From IMG/VR virus record IMGVR_UViG_3300011980_000002, positions 1-64,000 of that record: a stretch of DNA of 64,000 nt; one strand, written 5' to 3'. Under the pieces are notes generated by a model. The model did not search any database. It had not been told where the DNA came from and saw only the letters and a list, made by a program, of their open reading frames with translations. The translations under genes were made by a program, and so were the position numbers. Numbering within the stretch: the stretch's first letter is position 1; every line of letters starts with the position of its first letter. Below are positions 17,387 to 28,291 of the stretch, one piece after another. The DNA is from a virus.

Positions 17387-20300
17387 ATGAATATAGATAT
17401 GAACGATACTGAGTTTCGTAAAATGTTAGCTGAGACAGAAGTTAATAATACTTTTGACTTAGATATCGTTGAAGATACTCTAAAAACAACTGTTGAAAAT
17501 TCATATTGGTATTTATATCGTCTTCAAAGAAATGTCTGTAAATATAAGCAGTATTATATTAAGGATTCTAAAAAAGATGGATGGAATGTTAGGAATAATA
17601 TAGAAGCATTTGAGTATTATTTAGATGAGAAAAATAGAGTCTGTATGTATGTAGATGCTGATTTAGTATATGAACATGCTAGAGAAGAATTCTATGCTTC
17701 TAAGTATTATAAGAATGAATTTACTCTAATGGAATTAAATAATCATCCGGAAATATTTGAAAGAATTCCTCTTATTAATATAGACTTTAAGTATCATTTA
17801 GATATTAAAGTTAAAATGGATAATGGACAGACAGTTATTATACTAAATAAACAGAAAGACTTCTTATTCGATAGAGATGATTTAATTCATCATATTACTA
17901 ATATAGAATTAATTACTAATGAAAAAATCTTAATTGGTGAGACTAATAAATCTAATATAGAATTAAGTGAGAATAAAGTTAAAATCTCTAATATATCGTT
18001 TAATGTAAAAGAATTTGAGAAATTTGGTACTTATAAGATTATATTAGCTCCACCGGATAATTATACTGGGAGATTACAATTCTTGGATAAATGGGCATTT
18101 TGTAAAAGTGGTTATTATGATTATCTTAAATCTGGTAATGATAATTATAGAATAGACTCACTAGAAATAGATAATCCAGAGATTGCTAATATATGGTATA
18201 ACTTTTTACAAACTGTGCCTGTAGATTTTAAGGTATATGCTTTTTATTATAAGAATCTTACCCAGTATAAAAGTGCAAGAGATAATTCATATAAAATTCC
18301 TATTCATAAAAAGAATAGTACATCATATGTAGAGCTAATGACTATTCTTAAGAATAATGATACCGGTTATGAGTATGATATGCCTATACCAATAGAGAAT
18401 ATGATTACTTATGGAGTAAATAAAATATTCACCGGAGAAACTAATAGGACTATGAAACATATAGTACCATTATCCGAGAGTATTATAGAAAAAACTTCTG
18501 ATAGTAATTTTAAGTTAATATACCCTGTATTTTATGAGATTAAACATCAATACATGGTAGACTATAATAGAAGAAGATATACTGATATTGGAGAAAATGG
18601 TAATGTAGATTATTATACCTCATATTATTTCTATATGAATATTGAGGGTAGTCATAAGTATAAGAATCTAGCATTCTTAGAGCTATCTTATTTACAGGTA
18701 TTAAGTAATGAAGCTCGTAATTGGCATATTAGCTTTAATAATCTATATCATGATATAGTTACAAATAATGAGGATAATTTCTTTATTACTAATAGAGATA
18801 GTATTAAGACTTACATAATGAATCATATTAATAAGGTTGGTTCGTATGATTATAAGTATAATATAATAGATTATCTTGATTTAAAGAAGAATAATAGTCT
18901 TATTCATTCATATAAATATAAAGTAGATAGATTAATAGAGTTCATTAAAAATGATGGATTTATCTTAAGGGATTATGCAGTTAAACAAAATGATTTAACA
19001 GATACATATACATTAGACCTTCGTAAAATTGGAGAGATTAATTTACAGCGTAGATTAAGAGATAATACCAGTACAGATATAACCGGTATTAATGATGTAT
19101 TTGATAAACCAATGTATTTATTTAAACTCCAGTTAGATAACTATAATGATGTAGTTGTTAATGTATGGGTATATGGATTAAAGCAATATAATCATAAAAT
19201 TTATACCGTAGGAGAAATGATTTATATCTATATACCAAGAGAGTCTATAGATTATATTTATAGACCGTCTGATAATAATGATGATAAGACTATGAATCAT
19301 AATAATTCTCATAGATATATAGAGATAGAGGTTAATCATTCTTTATATTATAAGAGTACGGTATTTTTTGGTAATATTGAAACGAATAAACAAGTACCTG
19401 ATATTATTATTGGTAAAAATAAAAAGGTTATTCCATCTCTTAATGATATTACAATACAACCTAATACCAAAAGAGTTATTTATAGAGACCAGATATATAA
19501 AGCTATATATACTAAAAAGAATACTGATGATGTAGATGATAATAAAAAGGATTTCCAAGTATCAGTAGTAACTAAATTGAGAGATTATAATGATACGATG
19601 ATATTTGCTACTAATAAAGGGAATAATACATCTTATAATAATGACCAAGTTTATCCTAGAGAAATTAGAAAATGGAATGACTCTATGTTTGAGATAGACC
19701 ATGGTAATCAATATTATGTATATAATCCATCTCCTGATAATAAATTACTAGAATATCAGTTAGATTCTCCCAGTGATGTTAAATATGATATTAGTAATAC
19801 AGGTTTTCATAATATGCACTCCAATATTAATCATATAAGATTATATACTGAGAAAGAAGAATTAACCGGTGGTACATTTGGAGATTATTCTATTATAATA
19901 AATAAAGAATCATCTGAGTATAAAGTAAGGATAGATAGATATAGATTTCCAATAATATCTATTTGTGACTTAACTGATAAGATGACATTCAGTGAGGATA
20001 ATTTAAGAATTTGGTATAATGGTAGATTAGTAAGTAGAGATATGTATAAACTGATAGACTATAATACTTTAGATATTCCTTATGATGGATTTTATGAAGA
20101 TGTACATTATCCAAGAGTACAAATATTATTCGAGACTAAAATCGGTGATGAAATTACTGTAGAAATTTATCCGTATAAATTAACTGAAATATATACATTA
20201 GATAATATCGGTCATAATATAAGTGGTAATAAGGTAATAGAATTTTATAGTAGTTTAACAGACTTTGATAAACCGGTTGATATAGACTATTATGATTTTT

Positions 20301-21145
20301 ATGTTAATGGTAGAAAACTAACCAGAAGAGAAATTGCTTTATATAAACCTACTAAAGCAGTATTTATGAATCTTCCATGCACTAATGGACAATTAAGAGT
20401 ATTTAAGAAAGAAAGAGATTATGAATACTTTGGTTGGTTTAGACATACTGAAGGACAACAAGGTTCAGATATTACCGATGATAAAATATATATAAATGCT
20501 TTACGTAATTCCAGTCTATATGATAGAATTTGTACAGGAGTAATTGCTAAGACTATAGCATATTATAACTGGTATTATTATGGATATCCAAGAAATAATA
20601 ACTATGGTACTTTGTGGAATATAACCAATAATCAAGAATATGAGGAATTGGTTAATAAAACTAAAATTCCATATAATGATTATTATAAAGAAAAGATATT
20701 TTATTATGAAGAATTAATAACGATAAGACTAATTAATCCTAATATATTCCAGATTAATAACCATTATCTTAAAACTCTATATTTACCAATTTACAAAGAA
20801 TATATACAGAAATATGGTTTATTTAAATATGGTGATGGTAGACCTACATACGGCTCTTTTATTGATAATACTGACACTGTAATATTTGATAAATTAAAAG
20901 ATTTATTAGATTCACCAGAATTCAATGATGGAGATAATAATTGTGTATATGTACCGATAAGAGAAGATAATGTTAATGTAGTACATCTAAATCCAAATAA
21001 GTTCTGTTATGAATATGATAAATATGGTACTATTACTAATTTCAACACATCTATAGGTAGGGATTATGAAAATAGTAGTTTTGTAAAAGATAAAATGGTT
21101 AATGTAGATGTATATATGTTAGGTAATTATGAAAGTCTTTTATAA
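17387..21145 (+). CDS. Very large Y/N-rich protein, probably a virion structural protein (fibre or baseplate-like)
   Basis: 1252-aa ORF with GAAAGGAGAG upstream. I recognised no enzymatic motifs. It is followed by a cluster of small fibre-like genes. Confidence 0.6.
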   Translation: MNIDMNDTEFRKMLAETEVNNTFDLDIVEDTLKTTVENSYWYLYRLQRNVCKYKQYYIKDSKKDGWNVRNNIEAFEYYLDEKNRVCMYVDADLVYEHAREEFYASKYYKNEFTLMELNNHPEIFERIPLINIDFKYHLDIKVKMDNGQTVIILNKQKDFLFDRDDLIHHITNIELITNEKILIGETNKSNIELSENKVKISNISFNVKEFEKFGTYKIILAPPDNYTGRLQFLDKWAFCKSGYYDYLKSGNDNYRIDSLEIDNPEIANIWYNFLQTVPVDFKVYAFYYKNLTQYKSARDNSYKIPIHKKNSTSYVELMTILKNNDTGYEYDMPIPIENMITYGVNKIFTGETNRTMKHIVPLSESIIEKTSDSNFKLIYPVFYEIKHQYMVDYNRRRYTDIGENGNVDYYTSYYFYMNIEGSHKYKNLAFLELSYLQVLSNEARNWHISFNNLYHDIVTNNEDNFFITNRDSIKTYIMNHINKVGSYDYKYNIIDYLDLKKNNSLIHSYKYKVDRLIEFIKNDGFILRDYAVKQNDLTDTYTLDLRKIGEINLQRRLRDNTSTDITGINDVFDKPMYLFKLQLDNYNDVVVNVWVYGLKQYNHKIYTVGEMIYIYIPRESIDYIYRPSDNNDDKTMNHNNSHRYIEIEVNHSLYYKSTVFFGNIETNKQVPDIIIGKNKKVIPSLNDITIQPNTKRVIYRDQIYKAIYTKKNTDDVDDNKKDFQVSVVTKLRDYNDTMIFATNKGNNTSYNNDQVYPREIRKWNDSMFEIDHGNQYYVYNPSPDNKLLEYQLDSPSDVKYDISNTGFHNMHSNINHIRLYTEKEELTGGTFGDYSIIINKESSEYKVRIDRYRFPIISICDLTDKMTFSEDNLRIWYNGRLVSRDMYKLIDYNTLDIPYDGFYEDVHYPRVQILFETKIGDEITVEIYPYKLTEIYTLDNIGHNISGNKVIEFYSSLTDFDKPVDIDYYDFYVNGRKLTRREIALYKPTKAVFMNLPCTNGQLRVFKKERDYEYFGWFRHTEGQQGSDITDDKIYINALRNSSLYDRICTGVIAKTIAYYNWYYYGYPRNNNYGTLWNITNNQEYEELVNKTKIPYNDYYKEKIFYYEELITIRLINPNIFQINNHYLKTLYLPIYKEYIQKYGLFKYGDGRPTYGSFIDNTDTVIFDKLKDLLDSPEFNDGDNNCVYVPIREDNVNVVHLNPNKFCYEYDKYGTITNFNTSIGRDYENSSFVKDKMVNVDVYMLGNYESLL

Positions 21146-21183
21146 AAGATTATTATATAGAAAGGAAATATGGATAAAGAAAA

Positions 21184-22392
21184 ATGCCTGATAATATAAA
21201 ACCAAATTTAAGATTTGCAACTTCTTTCTTACATAAGAAATTCCATAAGTATTCTGTAACCGGAGAAGTTTTACAAGATGATATGACAGGTGAGATTTTT
21301 GTAAAAAGAAATCCTGATAATAGAATAATCAGCTATACTCAACAGAATAAATATCTTCATGATATGATGGTTGAGCTTAGAATGAATATGAAGGATAATG
21401 AAGATTATAAAATCCCAACAGACCCTAAGTCAGCTTATTATGTAAATGACTATGATATACAAATACTTACTGGAACAAGATTTAATACATTAGCAGATGG
21501 AAATTGTAATCTTGATATAGATATAGAATCATCAATTAATACCAATGGGTTCTTTATTAAACCGTTAACAAGAGTAACTGATAAATCTTATGTAGAAGGA
21601 TTGACTTCTATGTATAATAGATACTTTGATGAAAATGACACTCAAATGGATCCCAATGGTATTAATGGAATTAAACCGTCAGATATTGCTAATGAAATAG
21701 CATTATCTAAAAAAGAAGATTATAGATCATCTAATCTATCCGTACTATTAGAAGTTTCAGTTACTGGTGTTAAATCAGATGGACAAACTACTGTAGTTAA
21801 ATATGAGATAAATAAGAATATCAGATTTAATATGCTTAATTATATTCCATTAGCGAATACTTCTACATCTGTAATTAAAACTATTACTAGAGTAGATATT
21901 AAGATAAAGAGATTTGACTTCCATAAACTTAATATGTGTGGAAATCTTATTACCAGTGGTAGATATCCACATGAAGGATATAAGTTAATATCATCTCCGG
22001 ATTTAATGATAATATTTGATAGATTGCAGATATCTGGATTTGTAGATAGTGTAGATAAAGTCCCAGTAGGAAACCAGAATAGTTATAATTCTATTGCTAT
22101 ATTAGATAATAGATTTATGATGGAACATCTTTATACAATAGATAAACTTGGTCTTAGTAACTCATTTATATTAGCTAATAAAAAACCAAGTGATAGTTTC
22201 TGGGTTCATAATAATGCATGGGTTGAAGCAACTGCTATAATAAGAAATGCTTGGAATATTGTTAACTTAGAGCATCCTACAGATGTTAAAGACTTAGAGA
22301 AATTTATCTATTATAACTCAGGTACAACTACTAGGTTTACTCTCGATAGAACTGAGTTAGCACATATTCTTATTGCTCCTGTAAATCCTTAA
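21184..22392 (+). CDS. Hypothetical structural-type protein
   Basis: 402 aa with an MP start and an N-terminal VTGEVLQDDMTGEIFVKR motif that is related to 15396 and 22895. Confidence 0.55.
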   Translation: MPDNIKPNLRFATSFLHKKFHKYSVTGEVLQDDMTGEIFVKRNPDNRIISYTQQNKYLHDMMVELRMNMKDNEDYKIPTDPKSAYYVNDYDIQILTGTRFNTLADGNCNLDIDIESSINTNGFFIKPLTRVTDKSYVEGLTSMYNRYFDENDTQMDPNGINGIKPSDIANEIALSKKEDYRSSNLSVLLEVSVTGVKSDGQTTVVKYEINKNIRFNMLNYIPLANTSTSVIKTITRVDIKIKRFDFHKLNMCGNLITSGRYPHEGYKLISSPDLMIIFDRLQISGFVDSVDKVPVGNQNSYNSIAILDNRFMMEHLYTIDKLGLSNSFILANKKPSDSFWVHNNAWVEATAIIRNAWNIVNLEHPTDVKDLEKFIYYNSGTTTRFTLDRTELAHILIAPVNP

Positions 22393-22419
22393 ATTATTAT
22401 AAAGAAAGGGTAATTTATT

Positions 22420-22602
22420 ATGCCATACGACCCACATCAAATTCCACCTTATTTAGATATTAAGTATTTTGTGGAAAACTGTGTTACATTAAATCCGGAT
22501 GATAATAGAGATATGTATTACTTAGAGTTAGATGCATCTTCTGTTAAATATGTGGATTTAGAGAAGAGAAAGGATGAAACTATTATTAATATAGATAAAT
22601 AA
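22420..22602 (+). CDS. Small hypothetical protein
   Basis: 60 aa with the leader AAAGAAAGGG-N10-ATGCCA. Confidence 0.45.
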   Translation: MPYDPHQIPPYLDIKYFVENCVTLNPDDNRDMYYLELDASSVKYVDLEKRKDETIINIDK

Positions 22603-22620
22603 GAAGAAAGGATATTTACT

Positions 22621-22863
22621 ATGCCACAACCAAAAGCTAAAAATAACTATAATATCGTAGATACTGTATTACATGGTAAAAATGCTGATAATGAAGATAT
22701 TATAGTTTTACCTACTACAAGATATGAGAATGTAATGGGTAGAATAGAGGTTGTTTCAGATATGTCTAAATATGGTGGTGGTACATTATTTTTTTATAAG
22801 AAAGATAGTGTAGAGGTTAGTAAACCTATATTACAGACCATGATAGGGAATATATTTGAATAA
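22621..22863 (+). CDS. Small hypothetical protein (fibre-associated?)
   Basis: 80 aa with AGAAAGGA upstream and an MP start. It contains IIVLPTTRYENVMG. Confidence 0.45.
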   Translation: MPQPKAKNNYNIVDTVLHGKNADNEDIIVLPTTRYENVMGRIEVVSDMSKYGGGTLFFYKKDSVEVSKPILQTMIGNIFE

Positions 22864-22894
22864 TCTTTTTTATTAAAGAAAGGAATAATTTATC

Positions 22895-23200
22895 ATGCCA
22901 AATGAACATGTTATTTATGGTAAATTAAAAAGTCCTGTTGATGCTGTTACTGGTGAAAGAAAAACTATACTATTACAAACTACGACCGAACATGTTATTG
23001 ACCCTTCTACCGGTAAGAATATAAAAGAATTAGTAGAAGGATTAGTAATGAATATTGTTAATGAAACTAAGTCTGGTTTAATGAGTAGTAGTATGTATAA
23101 TACATTTCTTTCATTAGCAGAAAATGAACCTGTTATATCTGCTACTAATCCTAATAGAGCATGCACATGGCTTAAAATAGAAAATGTTGAAACTGAATAA
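22895..23200 (+). CDS. Small hypothetical protein (fibre-associated?)
   Basis: 101 aa with an MP start. It contains VTGERKTILLQTTTEHVIDPSTG. Confidence 0.45.
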   Translation: MPNEHVIYGKLKSPVDAVTGERKTILLQTTTEHVIDPSTGKNIKELVEGLVMNIVNETKSGLMSSSMYNTFLSLAENEPVISATNPNRACTWLKIENVETE

Positions 23201-23210
23201 ATAGTAAAAC

Positions 23211-23270
23211 AAAGTTATACTAGCTTATAATTCTAAAAAGTGATTTTTAGCTTATAGCTAGTATAACTTT
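23211..23270 (+). terminator. Hairpin terminator ending the structural gene cluster
   Basis: aaagttatactagcttataa ... ttatagctagtataacttt, followed by tt. Confidence 0.6.
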
Positions 23271-23378
23271 TTATGTATTTTATATCATATAATAATACAC
23301 TAAATAGTATTTATAATAAGAAAAATGAATTGTGAATAGATTATAAAGATTAAGGACAGATAAAGTGAATTTTTGATT

Positions 23379-25100
23379 ATGAATACATTGACTATTGATA
23401 AAGAAGTTAATAAATTTAAGTCTGTTATAACGAAACCGTTAAAATTGACATTTGATGCTAGAATGCTAGATAGTATTTTAGCATTTATTTACAAAGACTC
23501 TGCATTAAGAACCAGAAAGGTATTATCTAATATCTACAAGTTGTTTAATGTAATTGATGATGATATTTATGTTGGAAATCCTCAATGCGAATCAAGGATT
23601 TGGATAATAAAGAAAAGTATATATGCAATATTAACTGAGGATTTTACTAATGAAGAAATTATAAAAACTTACTGTAAAGAAAATAATACAGAGAATAACG
23701 AACTTATTAATCATTTAATAGATAATATATCCAATACAAAAATTACTTATGAAGAAAGTAAGTATTTGATAAAACAACTAGAAGATAGATTGATGTATGG
23801 ATATATCTTAAATGTAAAGACTGAATTACAAGAATTATTTGATAAAGTAGATAGTGATGACTTTAAGACTTACAAACAGATTAGTGAAGATATATACGAT
23901 ATATCTATAGCTATTATTAATAATAAAAGAGATAATGCAAGTTTAGATACTGAGCAAACTTTCTCACTGAAAGAAGATAACTTTGATAATGTCATATCTG
24001 AAAGTATGGCTAAGTTAAAAGATAAGAACAAGATATTTACCACTGGTATTAAAAGATGGAACACAATACTTGGTCCAGGTTATATGAGTAAAAGGTTATA
24101 TACTTATTTAGCATTCCCAGGTGGTGGTAAATCACAAATCTTACTTAAGTCTGCTTTAGACATGAAAAAATATAATGGTAGAATAAAGGCTAAAGACCCT
24201 AAAAAAATTCCAGGTATTCTTTATATTACTATGGAGAATGATGTAGATGAAACCGTTGAAAGAATTTTTAATATGGTTGGTAATTCTGACGATATTAGAA
24301 ATTATACTCCTAAGCAAGTTGTTAAGATGCTTAAAAGAGACGGTGGATTGGAAATTACTGATGATAATAATATAGATATTCTTATTAGATATTATCCAAA
24401 TAAATCCATAGATACTAATGACCTATATTCTATCATTAAAGACTTTGAAGATTCCGGTTATGAAATCATAGCCTTAATTTTAGATTATTTAAAAAGAATA
24501 AGACCTGCTGAAAAAGCATCAGCAGAAAAAGAAGAGTTAAAGAATATAACTAATGAGTTAAAAACTTTAGCTAAAATAAAAGACATACCTGTTATAACCG
24601 CACAACAGCTTAATAGAACCGCAGCAACTGTAGTTGATGCAGCTATACAAGCTAAAAAGGAAGATGTAACTAAATTAGTAGGTAGAGATGGAATTGCAGG
24701 TGCATGGGAGATTATAGAGAATTCTGATGTAGTTATTATATTAAACCAAGAGACTAAACAAGATACCGGAGAACTCTTTATGACCTTTAAGATGATTAAA
24801 AGAAGATATAGGTCTTGTGATGATTCTGAGAAGATGAGAAGACTTGATTACTTTAATCATCCATATGCAGATGACAATTCTATATGTCTATTAGATGATG
24901 TTGATTTAGATAAGTCATTATCATTATATAGTCTAGCTACTAAAATAGCTCCAGACCCTAATGTAGGTTCAAGAGGTAGGTATAATGCTATACCAAGAAA
25001 AACTATAGAAGAAATTAGACAAGAGGAAGAACTAAAAAAGAAATTAGCTGAAGAGGATTCTTTTGGAGAATTTAATCCAGATTTAATGAGGAATTTTTAA
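23379..25100 (+). CDS. DnaB-like (RecA-fold) replicative helicase
   Basis: Walker A is AFPGGGKSQILL, Walker B-like is IALILDYLKRI, and the DnaB-type motif ITAQQLNR is present. Confidence 0.7.
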   Translation: MNTLTIDKEVNKFKSVITKPLKLTFDARMLDSILAFIYKDSALRTRKVLSNIYKLFNVIDDDIYVGNPQCESRIWIIKKSIYAILTEDFTNEEIIKTYCKENNTENNELINHLIDNISNTKITYEESKYLIKQLEDRLMYGYILNVKTELQELFDKVDSDDFKTYKQISEDIYDISIAIINNKRDNASLDTEQTFSLKEDNFDNVISESMAKLKDKNKIFTTGIKRWNTILGPGYMSKRLYTYLAFPGGGKSQILLKSALDMKKYNGRIKAKDPKKIPGILYITMENDVDETVERIFNMVGNSDDIRNYTPKQVVKMLKRDGGLEITDDNNIDILIRYYPNKSIDTNDLYSIIKDFEDSGYEIIALILDYLKRIRPAEKASAEKEELKNITNELKTLAKIKDIPVITAQQLNRTAATVVDAAIQAKKEDVTKLVGRDGIAGAWEIIENSDVVIILNQETKQDTGELFMTFKMIKRRYRSCDDSEKMRRLDYFNHPYADDNSICLLDDVDLDKSLSLYSLATKIAPDPNVGSRGRYNAIPRKTIEEIRQEEELKKKLAEEDSFGEFNPDLMRNF

Positions 25101-25229
25101 TTTTCTATATTAATATAACAATATAATTAATATTATGCTTATTAGTGTAATATTGAAGAAATATTCATAAAAAAGATCCATTGTGGAAAGCTTTTTTCTT
25201 AGGCACAATAGACAAGAACTTCCTTTTAA

Positions 25230-25291
25230 GGTAAAATTAACTACCAATATCAAGATTTCACGCCTTTCTTGATATTGGTAGTTCCTTTACC
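25230..25291 (+). terminator. Long hairpin (17-bp core stem plus outer ggtaaa/tttacc)
   Basis: aactaccaatatcaaga (25239..25255) pairs with tcttgatattggtagtt (25267..25283). The tail is cgtctttt. Confidence 0.55.
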
Positions 25292-25376
25292 CGTCTTTTA
25301 ACTAAATAAATCCTTATCTATATCAGATAAAACTATCAATCTAATCATATAAATTAAAAGAAAGGGATAAGATATT

Positions 25377-27962
25377 ATGTGGATTAAACATATTATCCTT
25401 GAAAACTTTGCATCGATTAATGTTGGTATGAAAACCAATAGATTATCAATAGATTTCTCTAATAGAAAAAATAAGATTTGTTTATTAGTAGCTCCTAATG
25501 GATATGGTAAAACTTCGTTATTAAGTAATTTAACCCCATTTGCTACTTTAGGAAATTTAGATATTAGAGATGGTGAATCATTAATAATTAAAGATAAAGA
25601 TGGATATAAAGAATTATCCATTATAGATAATGATAATGAATATTTAATAAAGCATTTTTATACTAGGAATAAAGATAGTCATAGTGTAAAATCATATATA
25701 ATGAAAAATGGAGAAGAATTAAATCCTAATGGTAATGTAACTTCATTTAAGTCTACAGTAGAAACTGAATTAGGATTAGATTTATCTTATCTTAAATTAA
25801 TAAGATTAGGAAATAATGTAACTAATATGTTAGATTTATCCGCTACTGAAAGAAAGAAATTCTTATCTAACATATTATCTGAATTAGATGTATATCTTAA
25901 GTTATTTAATAAATTAACTGATGATAGTAGAGTATTAAAAACACAGATATCTCATGTTACTGATAAGATTAAACATATTGGAATAGATAACTTAGATAAA
26001 GCTAAAAATATCTATAATGAATTAATTAAAGAGATTAATTCTCTTAATATAGAAAGAGATAGATTAATTAAGGATAAAGGTATATTAGAACATAATTTAT
26101 CTGAATATAATATAGATGATATTAAATATAGATATTCTGATATTACTAATAAACTTAATAAGGCTAAAAAGTCTTTAAGTAAATACAGTAATACTTATTC
26201 ATTAGATAAAGTTAATTCTATATTAGAAGATTCTAATAATGAGTTAAATTCTATCAATAACGATTTATCTAATTATAATAATAAATTAAATATGTACTTA
26301 AATAAATTAGATGATTATCTTAAAGAATATAATTCTAATTATAGGGAATTAGATAGGATTAAGAATGATGATTATATAAAATCTTCAAAAGAAGTCTTTC
26401 ATCGACTATCTGTTCAGATAAATGATGAAGAGAAATTATTTAGAGATTATAATGCTAAATATAGTAAGAAAAATATAGAAGATTTGATTATTTCATTGAT
26501 GAATATAAAACAGATTTTAGATATAACTTATGAGTTTGGTAAAGAACCAATAATACAAGTAATAGATTTACTATCTAAGAATATTAATGTAAATAATTAT
26601 ATTAATAACGGATTATATGAAATAGATATGAGAAATAATAATAGGTCTTTATTATTGGATAAATTTATGAAGCAAGCTGAAGATATTAATATAGAATGTA
26701 ATTATCATTCATGTGGACTTTATAAGATTTATGTAGAAATAAAGAATTTATATAAAGAAGAAGAAATCTTAAGAAAGAAAAACACATCTTCGGATTTTTA
26801 TAAGTATATGGATTTAATATATCAGAATATTATGAAGATATTGGATATTATTAAAGATAATAAAGAAGTTATTAAATTATTACCTGATAATTTAAATAAA
26901 GACTTTTTATCTATTAATATATTTGATAACATAAAGAATTTAAATAATATTGTAGATATAAGTAAGTATAATGATTTATTAACAGAAGCTACTGAATATG
27001 AATTATACTTGGATAAAATAGATAAGTGTAAAGAAGCTAAAGTTAGATATGAAACTTTACAAAAGAATTCTAATATAGATTATTTTATTAATAGAGATAA
27101 AGAGTTATCTGTTAATATAGAAAATACTAAATCTGATATAGATAATATAAAATCTACATTAGAGAAATTAGATAATAATAAATTAGAATTATCTGAGAAA
27201 ATAGAAGAATTTAATTCATTATTATTTGCATTAACAGGTCTTACAGAGCTAATAGTCGAAGAAGAAGAAATTAACAAGAATTTAGTAAATTATGAAAAAT
27301 TAAATAGAGAATTATCTGAGGTTAGTAATAAATTAAATTTCATTAATGATAATTTAAATAAGAGGACTAGAGATAAAGATAATATAAATAATGCAATTAA
27401 TAATTATGAGAATTTAAGTAAAGATTTAAATCATTATATGAAGTTATATAATGAAAATACATATATAAAAAAATCCATGAGTGCAAAAGAAGGAATACCA
27501 CTAGAATATATAAATATCTATATGAGTAATATAAAGAATACAATAAATAACTTATTGGATATCGTGTATGATGGAGATATTAATATAGAGGATTTTAGTA
27601 TTAATAGTAATGAATTCAGAATTCCTTATATAAAGAATGGACATCATATTCCGGATATAATAAGCGCAAGTCAAGGTGAAACATCATTTCTATCTATAGC
27701 ATTATCATTTGCAATGATATATGAAAGTATTAATAAATACAATATACCACTATTAGATGAAATGGATAGTAACTTAGATATTAGATATAGGGAAAAATTT
27801 ATAGAGATATTAGAAATATTAATAGATATGATAAATGCTGAGCAGGTATTTTTAATAAGTCATAATAATCTATTTTCTATGTATCCTGTGGATATTGTAC
27901 CATTAGACTTAGAGATGAATGATAATTATAAACTTGCTAATTATATAATACCTGAAGTATAA
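25377..27962 (+). CDS. SbcC/Rad50/T4 gp46-like SMC-type ATPase
   Basis: Walker A is LVAPNGYGKTSLL, followed by a very long coiled-coil-like N/K/E-rich middle. The signature motif is SQGETSFLSIALSFA and Walker B is IPLLDEMDSNLD. Confidence 0.8.
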   Translation: MWIKHIILENFASINVGMKTNRLSIDFSNRKNKICLLVAPNGYGKTSLLSNLTPFATLGNLDIRDGESLIIKDKDGYKELSIIDNDNEYLIKHFYTRNKDSHSVKSYIMKNGEELNPNGNVTSFKSTVETELGLDLSYLKLIRLGNNVTNMLDLSATERKKFLSNILSELDVYLKLFNKLTDDSRVLKTQISHVTDKIKHIGIDNLDKAKNIYNELIKEINSLNIERDRLIKDKGILEHNLSEYNIDDIKYRYSDITNKLNKAKKSLSKYSNTYSLDKVNSILEDSNNELNSINNDLSNYNNKLNMYLNKLDDYLKEYNSNYRELDRIKNDDYIKSSKEVFHRLSVQINDEEKLFRDYNAKYSKKNIEDLIISLMNIKQILDITYEFGKEPIIQVIDLLSKNINVNNYINNGLYEIDMRNNNRSLLLDKFMKQAEDINIECNYHSCGLYKIYVEIKNLYKEEEILRKKNTSSDFYKYMDLIYQNIMKILDIIKDNKEVIKLLPDNLNKDFLSINIFDNIKNLNNIVDISKYNDLLTEATEYELYLDKIDKCKEAKVRYETLQKNSNIDYFINRDKELSVNIENTKSDIDNIKSTLEKLDNNKLELSEKIEEFNSLLFALTGLTELIVEEEEINKNLVNYEKLNRELSEVSNKLNFINDNLNKRTRDKDNINNAINNYENLSKDLNHYMKLYNENTYIKKSMSAKEGIPLEYINIYMSNIKNTINNLLDIVYDGDINIEDFSINSNEFRIPYIKNGHHIPDIISASQGETSFLSIALSFAMIYESINKYNIPLLDEMDSNLDIRYREKFIEILEILIDMINAEQVFLISHNNLFSMYPVDIVPLDLEMNDNYKLANYIIPEV

Positions 27963-27985
27963 ATTAAATAAAAAGGATTAAAGAT

Positions 27986-28219
27986 ATGGAAAGAATAACT
28001 AAAGAAGTTGTTAATAAATATATACATAACTTAAATTCATTAAGAAAAGAAGAACTTCGAGACGGATATCTTGAATTATATATCAAAATAATCAAAGATG
28101 ATATAATTATAAATAAAGACGCAATTAAAGAATATTTTAATAAATTTCCTGAAGATATTGATACTTTAACAGAATGGATAGGATTAGTAAGATATCTTGA
28201 AATGTATGTTAACAGATAA
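27986..28219 (+). CDS. Small hypothetical protein
   Basis: 77 aa with AAAAGGA upstream. Confidence 0.45.
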   Translation: MERITKEVVNKYIHNLNSLRKEELRDGYLELYIKIIKDDIIINKDAIKEYFNKFPEDIDTLTEWIGLVRYLEMYVNR

Positions 28220-28232
28220 TCCTTATTTCCTG

Positions 28233-28263
28233 TATATATCTATATAATATTTACCTGTAATAA
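28233..28263 (+). promoter_or_regulatory. Class-1 promoter-like motif
   Basis: tatatatctatataatatttacctgtaataa lies upstream of the consensus leader TTTAAAGGAGAAAATAAATATG of 28292. Confidence 0.45.
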
Positions 28264-28291
28264 TTATTTTAATTTAAAGGAGAAAATAAAT

